A stretch of 64,000 nucleotides of DNA from Deltaproteobacteria bacterium (lineage in GTDB: Bacteria > Myxococcota_A > UBA9160 > JAFDDA01). The position numbers and the translations under genes were made by a program. Below, piece after piece: positions 1 through 8,652 of this stretch. The stretch covers positions 14,550-78,549 of the forward strand of contig JAFDDA010000020.1 of the NCBI GenBank assembly GCA_019311105.1, read 5' to 3'. Position 1 is the stretch's first letter. Each line of letters starts with the position of its first letter. The notes below the pieces were generated by a model. The model had not been told where the DNA came from. It worked only from the letters and a program-made list of their open reading frames with translations, and did not search any database.

Positions 1-262
1 TGACCGTGGTGCCCGCCACCTCCTTCGGGAAGCCCGCAGCCATGGCGGCGATGCGCGCCATGTTCATGCCCTGGCAGCCTTCGGGGAAACCGGTGCCGAC
101 GATGACGTCGTCGATCTCCGCGGGGTCGAGGTTCGTCGCCCGTTCGGTGACCGCTTTCAAGACGTGGGCGGTGAAGTCCACGGGCTCGGTCATGTTGAAC
201 GAGCCTCGGTGGGACTTGGCCAGTCCGGTGCGGACACTGTCGACGATCACGGCCTCACGCAT
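1..262 (-). CDS. Acetyl-CoA C-acetyltransferase (thiolase), N-terminal fragment; the gene continues past the left edge
   Basis: Reverse-strand translation from CAT at 260-262 gives MREAVIVDSVRTGLAKSHRGSFNMTEPVDF...GFPEGCQGMNMARIAAMAAGFP, a typical thiolase N-terminus. It is missing from the ORF track because the window edge truncates it. Confidence 0.85.
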   Translation of the reverse strand, partial: MREAVIVDSVRTGLAKSHRGSFNMTEPVDFTAHVLKAVTERATNLDPAEIDDVIVGTGFPEGCQGMNMARIAAMAAGFPKEVAGTTV

Positions 263-400
263 GGAGATCTCCTTTGCAGCGCTTCGGGGAACCGCTAATG
301 CTTGCACGGCTGGTCGGATGCCGCAAAGGCTCGTTTTGATGAGGCTTTCCGAGGTGCGGGCCTGCGTAAGGGGGGTGGCGTGGACGGTGTTCGCGAGGCG

Positions 401-1843
401 ATGACCGGGCTCGAAGCAGCCTTCGGTCAGTGGGTCGTCGACCCGCTTTCCTCGGTGATCTTCTTCGACCTCTGGTTCTGGGACAACGCCCCGGGCGACG
501 CGGGCACGGCACTCCCGATCGTGGTCGTGTGGCTGATCCTCGGCGCCACGTTCTTCACCCTGCGCTTCCGCTTCGTGAACCTGCGCGCCTTCCGCCACGC
601 CATCGATTGCGTGCGCGGGCGTTACGACCAGCCCGGCGACACGGGTGAGATCTCGCACTTCCAGGCCTTGTCGGCGGCGCTCTCCGCGACGGTCGGGCTC
701 GGCAACATCGCGGGCGTCGCCGTTGCGGTGGGGCTCGGCGGGCCCGGCGCCGTCTTCTGGATGGTGATGGCGGGCTTCCTCGGCATGAGTTCGAAATTCG
801 CCGAGTGCACGCTCGGCCAGCGCTACCGCATCGTCCGACCCGACGGCCGGATCTCCGGCGGACCGATGCACTACCTGAAGCAGGGGCTCGCGGAGATCGG
901 ACGGCCGGGCCTCGGCCGCGCCCTCGCCGGCGTCTTCGCCTTCCTCTGCATCGGCGGCAGCCTCGGCGCGGGCAACATGTTCCAGGCCAACCAGGCCTAC
1001 GCCCAGATCGCAAACGTGGTGCCGGGCGTCGAGGGGCCGCTGTGGGGCGCCGTGTTCGGCGTCGTGCTGGCGTTCTTCGTCGGCCTCGTGATCGTGGGCG
1101 GGATCCGCCGCATCGGGATCATCGCCGCGAGCCTCGTCCCCTTCATGTGCGGGGTCTACGTCCTGACGGGGGCCTTCATCCTGTTGGCGAACGCCGGGGA
1201 GGTGCTTCCCGGTCTGGTTGTGATCGTCGGCTCCGCCTTCACGCCCGAGGCCGGCTACGGCGGCTTCGTCGGCGTGCTGATCCAGGGCTTCCGCCGCGCT
1301 TGCTTCAGCAACGAGGCGGGGGTCGGTTCGGCGCCGATCGCGCACTCCGCCGCGCGAACCGAAGAGCCGGTTCGTGAGGGGCTCGTCGCGTTGCTCGAAC
1401 CCTTCATCGACACCCTCGTGGTCTGCACGATGACGGGGCTCGTGATCGTCGTGACCGGCGCCTACCAGCAGCCGGGCCTCGAAGGCATCGCCATGACGTC
1501 CTGGGCCTTCGAGTCCGTCTTCCCGGGCTTCAAGTACGTGCTGTCGCTCTCGGCGGTGCTCTTCGCGTTCTCGACGCAGATCTCGTGGAGCTACTACGGC
1601 GAGCGCGCGTGGGAGTATCTCTTCGGGAACGAGTCGACCTTCGTCTTCAAGGGGATCTTCCTGTTCTTCGTCTGGTTCGGTGCCATCAGCGGGCTCGCCC
1701 GGGTGGTCGACTTCTCGGACTTGCTGCTCCTCGCCATGGCCTTCCCCAACCTGATCGGCGTCGTCCTGCTCTCGAAGCACATCGACGCGGACCTTTCGAG
1801 CTACCTGCGACGCCTGCGGGCCGGCGAATTCGATCGCAGCTGA
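401..1843 (+). CDS. Sodium:alanine (AGCS family) symporter
   Basis: ORF 302-1843 is multi-TM with the AGCS core LSATVGLGNIAGVAVAVGLGGPGAVFWMVMAGFLGMSSKFAECTLG. I moved the start to ATG 401 (MTGLEAAFGQW) because the upstream codons look non-coding. Confidence 0.9.
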   Translation: MTGLEAAFGQWVVDPLSSVIFFDLWFWDNAPGDAGTALPIVVVWLILGATFFTLRFRFVNLRAFRHAIDCVRGRYDQPGDTGEISHFQALSAALSATVGLGNIAGVAVAVGLGGPGAVFWMVMAGFLGMSSKFAECTLGQRYRIVRPDGRISGGPMHYLKQGLAEIGRPGLGRALAGVFAFLCIGGSLGAGNMFQANQAYAQIANVVPGVEGPLWGAVFGVVLAFFVGLVIVGGIRRIGIIAASLVPFMCGVYVLTGAFILLANAGEVLPGLVVIVGSAFTPEAGYGGFVGVLIQGFRRACFSNEAGVGSAPIAHSAARTEEPVREGLVALLEPFIDTLVVCTMTGLVIVVTGAYQQPGLEGIAMTSWAFESVFPGFKYVLSLSAVLFAFSTQISWSYYGERAWEYLFGNESTFVFKGIFLFFVWFGAISGLARVVDFSDLLLLAMAFPNLIGVVLLSKHIDADLSSYLRRLRAGEFDRS

Positions 1844-1874
1844 TCCGCCCGGCCAGCCGGGTTACGCTGCGGCC

Positions 1875-3491
1875 GTGAGCGAGCCGCTGCGAAAGTTCTG
1901 GGGCTGGGGCAACGAGGGCGAAGGCCCGAGTGCCGAGCAGCAGAAAGGGATCGCCCGAACCCTGGCCGAGCGCTTCGGGGCGAAGGATCTCGAGCCCGTT
2001 CCGCCGCCCCGGATCGAAGACGTCGAGCTGCCCGCGCCGCGCCTCTCGCCCCCGGCCGCGCTCGAGGCGATCTGCTCGCGCGAGCCTTACGACCGCGCGG
2101 GGCACACCTACGGCAAGAGCTTCCGCGACATCGTCCGCGGCCACGCCGGCGACTTCGCGCCGGCGCCCGACCTCGTGGCCTTCCCGCGCGACGAGGCGGA
2201 GGTCGCCGCCCTGCTCGATTGGTGCAGCGATGCGAACGCTGCCGCGATCCCCTATGGCGGCGGGTCGAGCGTGGTGGGCGGCGTGGAGGCGCCCCCCGGC
2301 GACGCGTACGCCGGGGCGGTGAGCATCGACCTCGGTCGGCTCGACCGCGTGCTCGAGATCGATCGCAGCTCGCGCGCGGCCCGCATCCAGGCGGGCGTGC
2401 TCGGCCCGGAACTCGAAGGCCAGCTGCGCCCTCACGGCCTGACACTCCGACACTTCCCCCAGAGCTTCGAGTTCTCGACCCTGGGCGGCTGGATCGCCAC
2501 CCGCTCGGGTGGCCACTACGCGACGACCTACACCCACATCGAAGACTTCCTCGAGTCGCTGCGAGCGGTGACGCCACGCGGTGTCATCGAGTCTCGCCGC
2601 CTGCCCGGATCGGGCGCCGGGCCGAGCCCGGACAGGATGTTCGCGGGCAGCGAGGGGACGCTCGGCATCATCACCGAGGCGTGGATGCGACTGCAGGACC
2701 GGCCGACCTACCGGGCCCAGGCGTCGCTGCGCTTCCCGGGGGAAGGCGGCTTCCTGGCCGGTGCTCGCGTGGTGCGGGAGATCTCGCAGGCGGGGCTCCA
2801 CCCGGCGAACTGCCGGCTGCTTGACGCGCGCGAAGCCGAGACCTCGGGTGCGGCTGCGGGCGATGCCGCGGTGTTGATCGTGGGCTTCGAATCCGCCGAC
2901 CACCCGCTCGACCCGTGGATGGATCGCGCGCTCGAGATCGCAAGGGACGGCGGCGGTGAGGCACCCGAGGGCGCGGGCCGCACGAAGCACAGCGACGCTG
3001 CGCCGCGAGAGGGCGCGGCGGGCGCCTGGCGCAGCGCCTTCCTCGGCATGCCCTACCTACGCGACGCTCTGGTCTGCATGGGGGTGATCTCCGAGACCTT
3101 CGAGACTGCGATCACGTGGGACCGTTTCGAGGCCTTCCACGGCGAGGTGATGGCTGCGACGACGGACGCCGTGAAGCGGGTCTGTGGCGGCGGCCAGGTC
3201 GCCTGCCGTTTCACCCACGTCTATCCCGACGGCCCCGCGCCCTACTACAGCGTGATCGCGCCAGGCCGCCGGGGCAGCCTGCTCGAAATGTGGGCCGAAG
3301 TGAAGGCGGCGGCCAGCGAGGCATTGATTCAGGGCGGCGGCACCATCACCCACCACCACGCAGTCGGCCGCGACCACCGCCCCGGCTACGACCAACAACG
3401 CCCCCCGCTCTTCGCCGAAGCCCTGCGAGCCGCCAAGCGAAGCCTCGACCCCGCCAGCATCCTAAACCCCGGAGTCCTCATCGACCCCTGA
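1875..3491 (+). CDS. FAD-linked oxidase, alkyl-DHAP synthase (AGPS)-like
   Basis: 538-aa ORF with a GTG start. It has the N-terminal FWGWG motif, the FAD-binding PCMH core (AAIPYGGGSSVVGG) and the C-terminal ITHHHAVGRDH motif typical of AGPS/glycolate-oxidase-type flavoenzymes. Confidence 0.85.
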   Translation: MSEPLRKFWGWGNEGEGPSAEQQKGIARTLAERFGAKDLEPVPPPRIEDVELPAPRLSPPAALEAICSREPYDRAGHTYGKSFRDIVRGHAGDFAPAPDLVAFPRDEAEVAALLDWCSDANAAAIPYGGGSSVVGGVEAPPGDAYAGAVSIDLGRLDRVLEIDRSSRAARIQAGVLGPELEGQLRPHGLTLRHFPQSFEFSTLGGWIATRSGGHYATTYTHIEDFLESLRAVTPRGVIESRRLPGSGAGPSPDRMFAGSEGTLGIITEAWMRLQDRPTYRAQASLRFPGEGGFLAGARVVREISQAGLHPANCRLLDAREAETSGAAAGDAAVLIVGFESADHPLDPWMDRALEIARDGGGEAPEGAGRTKHSDAAPREGAAGAWRSAFLGMPYLRDALVCMGVISETFETAITWDRFEAFHGEVMAATTDAVKRVCGGGQVACRFTHVYPDGPAPYYSVIAPGRRGSLLEMWAEVKAAASEALIQGGGTITHHHAVGRDHRPGYDQQRPPLFAEALRAAKRSLDPASILNPGVLIDP

Positions 3492-3594
3492 CGAAGGGGA
3501 CGGTTCTCTTTGATGACGAAACCAGGGCCAGGTCAGGAGTGCCGCGGTCTTGGTGGTTTCGTCATCAAAGAGAACCGTCCCCTCCCCTGACGAA
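3485..3594. mobile_element. MITE-like palindromic element: a 29-bp perfect inverted repeat flanked by an 11-bp direct repeat
   Basis: GGGGACGGTTCTCTTTGATGACGAAACCA at 3496-3524 recurs as its exact reverse complement at 3554-3582. CCCCTGACGAA occurs at 3485-3495 and again at 3584-3594. No transposase lies nearby. Confidence 0.5.
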
Positions 3595-3647
3595 CCGGTC
3601 AAATCGTCGGATACCGGGGGGGGCGTTCCGCCGTTATGCTGCGCGCC

Positions 3648-4886
3648 ATGGCACGCATCAACGAGAACTACCAGAAGCTCCAGGCCGGCTACCTGTTCCC
3701 CGAGATCGGGCGACGCGTTCGGGCCTTTACCGAGGCCAACCCCGACGCCGCCGTGATCCGGCTCGGCATTGGCGACGTGACCGAGCCCCTCGCCCCGGCC
3801 GTGGTCGCCGCAATCAAGGACGCCGCGGACGCCATGGGCACCGCCGAAGGGTTCCACGGCTACGGCCCGGAAAATGGGTACGGCTTCCTACTGGACGCGA
3901 TCCTCGAGCACGACTACCGCACACGCGGCATCGAGCTCGACGCGTCGGAGATCTTCGTCTCCGACGGCAGCAAACAGGACAGCGGGAACATCCAGGAGAT
4001 CTTCGGCAGCGAGTGCCGCGTGCTCGTCACCGACCCCGTCTATCCGGTCTACGTGGACAGCAACGTCATGGCCGGCCGTACGGGCGAAGCCGACGACGGC
4101 GGGCGCTACGCCGGCCTCGCCTACCTCCCGGCCACCGAGCAGAACGGCTTCTCCCCCGACCCGCCCGCCGAGGGCGCGGACCTCGCCTACCTCTGCTCGC
4201 CGAACAACCCGACGGGCGCCGTGATGACCCGCGAGAAGATGGAGCGCTGGGTCGCCTGGGCCCGCGCGAACGACACGGTGCTGATCTTCGATGCCGCCTA
4301 CGACGCCTTCATCCAGGACCCCGAGCTGCCGCGCTCGATCTACGAGATCGAAGGCGCGCGCGAATGCGCCATCGAGATGCGCAGCTTCTCGAAGCGCGCG
4401 GGCTTCACGGGCGTTCGCTGCGCCTACACCGTGATCCCGAAGGGCCTCACGGGCACGACCACAAGCGGCGAACGCGTGGAGCTGAACGCCTTGTGGAGCC
4501 GACGCCACGCGACCAAGTTCAACAGCGTCCCCTTCGTGATCCAGAAGGCCGCAGCCGCGGTCTTCTCCCCCGAGGGCCTGAAGCAGACCAGCGAACAGGT
4601 CGCGTTCTACATGGAGAACGCCCGCCGTCTGCGCGAGGGGCTCGGTGCGGCGGGCTTCACACTCTTCGGCGGCGAGCACGCCCCCTACATCTGGATGCGC
4701 ACGCCCGAAGGCATCTCGTCCTGGGGTTTCTTCGACCGGCTACTCACCGAGACCCACGTCGTCGGCACGCCCGGCTCCGGCTTCGGCTCCGCCGGCGAGG
4801 GCTACTTCCGACTCTCGGCGTTCAACTCGCGCGACAACGTCGACGAGGCCATCGCGCGGGTGAGTCGCGCCTTCGGCACTAGCTGA
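3648..4886 (+). CDS. dapL: LL-diaminopimelate aminotransferase
   Basis: The N-terminus [34 protein letters not shown] and [15 protein letters not shown] are hallmark DapL blocks. I chose ATG 3648 over ATG 3636. Confidence 0.9.
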   Translation: MARINENYQKLQAGYLFPEIGRRVRAFTEANPDAAVIRLGIGDVTEPLAPAVVAAIKDAADAMGTAEGFHGYGPENGYGFLLDAILEHDYRTRGIELDASEIFVSDGSKQDSGNIQEIFGSECRVLVTDPVYPVYVDSNVMAGRTGEADDGGRYAGLAYLPATEQNGFSPDPPAEGADLAYLCSPNNPTGAVMTREKMERWVAWARANDTVLIFDAAYDAFIQDPELPRSIYEIEGARECAIEMRSFSKRAGFTGVRCAYTVIPKGLTGTTTSGERVELNALWSRRHATKFNSVPFVIQKAAAAVFSPEGLKQTSEQVAFYMENARRLREGLGAAGFTLFGGEHAPYIWMRTPEGISSWGFFDRLLTETHVVGTPGSGFGSAGEGYFRLSAFNSRDNVDEAIARVSRAFGTS

Positions 4887-4910
4887 ACCCCGCCGGACGT
4901 CCGGCTCGAG

Positions 4911-6272
4911 TCACTCCACGTAGCCAAGCTCCTTCAAGCGTTGGCGCGTCGCCTCGGGCACCTCGAGCGGGGCAACCGTTTCGGGGGACGACTGACGGGC
5001 CCTCTCCAAGCCGGCCCGAAACTCCTTTCGGAGACGCTTCTCGACCCTCGGGAAGTCATCCCGAACGTCCGCGAGTTCGCCGGGGTCGGCCTCGAGATCG
5101 AACACCTGACCGTGGAGCCACTTGTGACGGCCGTCCCGCAGCGAGGTCTTCAACGGCTTTCGCTTCCCGTCCTGCTCGCTGCGCGCCGTCCAGGCCTTCT
5201 GGCTCGCGAGGGATCCGAAGCGGTTGAGTAGCGAGTGCCCCTCGAAAGCGTCCGGAGCGGGGACGCCCGCAAGCTCCAACAGCGTCGGCGCGATGTCGAT
5301 GCTGCGGACCTGCGCGGCGATCTTCGCCCCCGCGCGGTGCGCACGAGGCAAGCGCAGCAAGAGCGGAACGCGCAGCTGATGGTCGTAGAGCGCATGGGAG
5401 TGCCAGCCGACCCGACCGTGTTCCCCGAACTCCTCGCCATGGTCCGAGGTGAAGATGATCGCGGCATCCTCGTAGCGCCCACGCTCCCTCAGACGATCCA
5501 CCAGATCGCGGACCCCGAGATCCATGAGCGCGATCCCCGCATCGTAGGCGTTGATCACATGCTGGAGGTCGGCCGCGTCGAGTTCGAGGGGCGGCCCCTC
5601 GAGCCCGTTGACGCGCCTCAGCAGATCCACCTCGATGTGGTCGGGCAAGTCGCCCGTGTAGTCGATGTCGAGGGGGTCCATGTACTCCGGCAAGGGCCGA
5701 TAGGGGTGATGCACTTCATAGGTGTGAAGGAACATGAACACGGGCACGGTCGGCTTCGCCCGGTCGAGCCAGCCGAACGCGGCCTCGACCTGGCCGCTCA
5801 GGGACTTGCCCTCGTCACGGTAGACCTCGAAGCCCTGGCCAAGATTGAAGACAGGCGCGAGTTGCCCACCTCCGACGAAGGCCACCGCCCGATAGCCCGC
5901 ATCGCGTAGGACCTCGGCAACCGTGACGATGTGGTCGGGCAGCCCATGGCGTGTGGCGTACAGCGCCCCGTGGCGGGACGGAGGAAGCGAGGACAGGATC
6001 GATGCGTGGGAGGGCAGCGTTGAAGGTGCCTGCGCGATGGCCGTGTCGAAGCGCACCGACTCGCCAGCCAAGGCGTCGATGTGGGGCGTCGTACCCCGCG
6101 GATAGCCGTAGGCGCCGAGGTGATCGGGACGCAGGGTATCGACCGAGATCAGCACCAGGTCGGGCGGCGGACGCTCTTCATGGCTGCAACCGCTCGCGGA
6201 CCCGAACAACGTGACCAGGCACGCCACGCTGCCGAGCCATACCCGACCGCTCCCGAGCACACCGGCAGCCAT
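4911..6272 (-). CDS. Sulfatase-like (alkaline-phosphatase superfamily) lipoprotein with Thr at the nucleophile position
   Basis: Lipobox-like signal LFGSASGC and the PF00884-type block SVDTLRPDHLGAYGY. The C/S-x-P-x-R site reads S-T-L-P-S-H instead. It is a paralog of 37011-38444. Confidence 0.8.
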   Translation of the reverse strand: MAAGVLGSGRVWLGSVACLVTLFGSASGCSHEERPPPDLVLISVDTLRPDHLGAYGYPRGTTPHIDALAGESVRFDTAIAQAPSTLPSHASILSSLPPSRHGALYATRHGLPDHIVTVAEVLRDAGYRAVAFVGGGQLAPVFNLGQGFEVYRDEGKSLSGQVEAAFGWLDRAKPTVPVFMFLHTYEVHHPYRPLPEYMDPLDIDYTGDLPDHIEVDLLRRVNGLEGPPLELDAADLQHVINAYDAGIALMDLGVRDLVDRLRERGRYEDAAIIFTSDHGEEFGEHGRVGWHSHALYDHQLRVPLLLRLPRAHRAGAKIAAQVRSIDIAPTLLELAGVPAPDAFEGHSLLNRFGSLASQKAWTARSEQDGKRKPLKTSLRDGRHKWLHGQVFDLEADPGELADVRDDFPRVEKRLRKEFRAGLERARQSSPETVAPLEVPEATRQRLKELGYVE

Positions 6273-6284
6273 CGCTAAGACACC

Positions 6285-6758
6285 CTAGAGCGCAGCGAGG
6301 ATCGAGTCCGCGTCGGAGACCTCGAACTTCATGGGCGCCTCGACCGCCAAGTGTGTCACCACACCGTCGTCGGCGATGAGCGCGAAGCGCTGCACGCGGA
6401 CGCCGAAGCCGATCCCCGTCCCGTCCATCTCGAGGCCCAGGGCCTGCGCGAAGTCCGCGTTCCCGTCGGCCACGAGCAGCACGTCGTCACCGACCCCGCG
6501 ATCCTTGCCCCAGGCGTCCATCACGAAGGCGTCGTTCACCGAGGTGCAGACGATCGTGTCGACGCCCTTCGCCTTGATCTCCCCCGCCTTGTCGATGAAC
6601 CCCGGCAGGTGCTTCGCCGAGCAGGTCGGCGTGAAGGCCCCAGGCACCGCGAACAACACGACCTTCTTGCCGCCAAAGATCTCATCGGTCGTCACGTCCG
6701 ACATGTCGGTGTTCTTCAGCTTCACGCTCGGAATCTTGTCACCCACCTGAATCGCCAT
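6285..6758 (-). CDS. Peroxiredoxin, Prx5 type
   Basis: MAIQVGDKIPSV...VLFAVPGAFTPTCS, the peroxidatic Cys motif. I placed the start at ATG 6758, which has GGAGGG upstream; the track start at 6773 is a TTG. Confidence 0.9.
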   Translation of the reverse strand: MAIQVGDKIPSVKLKNTDMSDVTTDEIFGGKKVVLFAVPGAFTPTCSAKHLPGFIDKAGEIKAKGVDTIVCTSVNDAFVMDAWGKDRGVGDDVLLVADGNADFAQALGLEMDGTGIGFGVRVQRFALIADDGVVTHLAVEAPMKFEVSDADSILAAL

Positions 6759-6869
6759 CGGGAGTCCCTCCAAGGATTGCGGCCGCGCATCATAGCATCG
6801 GCCCGCCCCAAGGGGCTTCGGCGCGGGGCCGCCGAAGGCGGAATCGAGACTAGCCTGACCAACCAGGTC

Positions 6870-8546
6870 TTACCGCGTCAGCTTCTTGAACTTGATGCGG
6901 TGAGGCTGATCCGCGTCCGCACCCTTGCGCCGCTTGAAGTCCGCCTCGTAATCCTGGTAGTTCCCCTCGAACCACTCCACATGGGAGTCGCCCTCGAAGG
7001 CCAGGATGTGCGTCGCGATCCGGTCGAGGAACCAGCGATCGTGGGAGATCACCACGACGCAGCCCGAGAACCCGAGGATCGCCTCCTCGAGTGCGCGCAA
7101 CGTGTCCACGTCGAGGTCGTTCGTCGGTTCGTCGAGCAGCAGGACGTTGCCGCCACTGCGGATCAGCTTCGCGAGGTGCAGCCGGTTGCGTTCGCCACCC
7201 GAGAGCATGCCGACCTTCTTCTGCTGGTCGGAGCCCTTGAAGCCGAAGGAGCCCACGTAGGCTCGGGTCGAGATCTCGCGACTGCCCACCTTGAAGTAGT
7301 CGTCGCCGCCGCTGACTTCCTGCCAGACGCTCAGGTCGGCGTCGAGGTCGGCGCGGCTCTGGTCCACGTAGGCGAGCTGCACGGTCTCGCCGAGTCGCAG
7401 CGAGCCGGCCTCGGGCTTCTCTTCTTCGACGAACATGCGGAAGAGCGTCGTCTTGCCCGCACCGTTCGGCCCGATCACGCCGACGATGCCGCCGGGCGGA
7501 AGCGAGAACGAAAGATCTTCGAACAAGACCGTATCGCCGTACCCCTTCGAGAGGCCCTCGGCCTGGATGACCACGTCGCCCAGGCGCGGGCCGGGCGGCA
7601 CCGTGATCTCGACGCTCTCGGGCAGCCGCTGCTGCTCTTCCGCCACCAACTCGTCGTAGCGCTGGATGCGGGCCTTGCTCTTGGCGTGCCGCGCGCGCGG
7701 CGACATCCGTACCCAGTCGAGCTCTCGCAGCAGGGTTCGTTGGCGCGCCGAAACCTTCTTCTCTTCGACCTCGAGCCGCTTCTGCTTCTGCTCGAGCCAC
7801 GAGGAGTAGTTGCCCTTCCACGGGATGCCGGCACCGCGGTCCATCTCGAGGATCCAACCCGCGACGTTGTCGAGGAAGTAACGATCGTGAGTGATCGCCA
7901 CGACGGTGCCCGGGTAGTCCTTGAGGAAGCGTTCGAGCCAGGCGACGGATTCGGCATCGAGGTGGTTGGTGGGCTCGTCGAGGAGCAGCAGATCGGGTTG
8001 CTGCAGGAGCAGCCGGCAGAGCGCGACGCGGCGGCGCTCGCCGCCCGACAGCTTCGTGACGTCGGCATCGCCCGGCGGTAGCCGCAGCGCGTCCATCGCG
8101 ATCTCGAGGTGGCGATCGAGTTCCCAGGCATCCGCGGCATCGATGCGATCCTGAAGCTTCGCCTGCTCGTCGAGCACGCGCTGCATCTCGTCGTCGTCCA
8201 TGGGCTCGGCAAACTTTTCCGAGATCTCCTCGAAGCGGCGCAGCAGGTTGCGGGTCTCGGCGACACCCTCTTCGACGTTCCCGAGCACGTCCTTCGACGC
8301 GTCGAGTTCGGGTTCCTGCGGGAGCCAGCCCACCCGCACGCCAGGCGTCGGTCGAGCCTCTCCGGTGAAGTCGGAGTCGACCCCCGCCATGATGCGCAGC
8401 AGCGAGCTCTTGCCCGCCCCGTTGCCGCCGATGACGCCGATCTTCGCACCGGGAAGGAAGGCGAGCGTGATGCCGTCGAGGATCACGCGGTCGGTGGTGA
8501 CGACCTTGCGGACGTCCTGCATCGTGAAAACGAACTCGTGTGCCAT
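6870..8546 (-). CDS. ettA: Energy-dependent translational throttle ABC-F ATPase EttA
   Basis: [16 protein letters not shown]... with two Walker A sites (GGNGAGKSS and GPNGAGKTT) and two LSGGE signatures, about 558 aa. I trimmed the start to ATG 8546. Confidence 0.95.
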   Translation of the reverse strand: MAHEFVFTMQDVRKVVTTDRVILDGITLAFLPGAKIGVIGGNGAGKSSLLRIMAGVDSDFTGEARPTPGVRVGWLPQEPELDASKDVLGNVEEGVAETRNLLRRFEEISEKFAEPMDDDEMQRVLDEQAKLQDRIDAADAWELDRHLEIAMDALRLPPGDADVTKLSGGERRRVALCRLLLQQPDLLLLDEPTNHLDAESVAWLERFLKDYPGTVVAITHDRYFLDNVAGWILEMDRGAGIPWKGNYSSWLEQKQKRLEVEEKKVSARQRTLLRELDWVRMSPRARHAKSKARIQRYDELVAEEQQRLPESVEITVPPGPRLGDVVIQAEGLSKGYGDTVLFEDLSFSLPPGGIVGVIGPNGAGKTTLFRMFVEEEKPEAGSLRLGETVQLAYVDQSRADLDADLSVWQEVSGGDDYFKVGSREISTRAYVGSFGFKGSDQQKKVGMLSGGERNRLHLAKLIRSGGNVLLLDEPTNDLDVDTLRALEEAILGFSGCVVVISHDRWFLDRIATHILAFEGDSHVEWFEGNYQDYEADFKRRKGADADQPHRIKFKKLTR

Positions 8547-8652
8547 GGGGGCGGAACAGTAGCGAAGCGAACGGCCCACGGAGCCGTGAAGGCGACGCCT
8601 CACCCTCCCGTTCGGCCGGTCGGTTAAGCTGGCGAGACTGCCGGAGGTCCCC

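Noticed and set aside
263-400. Possible glycine riboswitch upstream of the alanine/glycine:cation symporter
   Set aside because: AGCS genes are often glycine-riboswitch controlled, but I could not find the conserved GGAGAG...ACCGAAGGGGCAA-type cores in this leader. A covariance-model scan (Rfam RF00504) would settle it.
4892-4905. 14-bp palindrome GCCGGACGTCCGGC between the convergent dapL and sulfatase-like genes
   Set aside because: It is a loop-less GC palindrome without U-tracts on either strand. It is plausibly just a short bidirectional hairpin, and I could not assign a function from sequence alone.
6816-6837. Hairpin CTTCGGCG-n6-CGCCGAAG downstream of ettA as an intrinsic terminator
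   Set aside because: The 8-bp stem is real, but no U-tract follows on the ettA strand. It could stabilise a 3' end, but I cannot support a terminator call.
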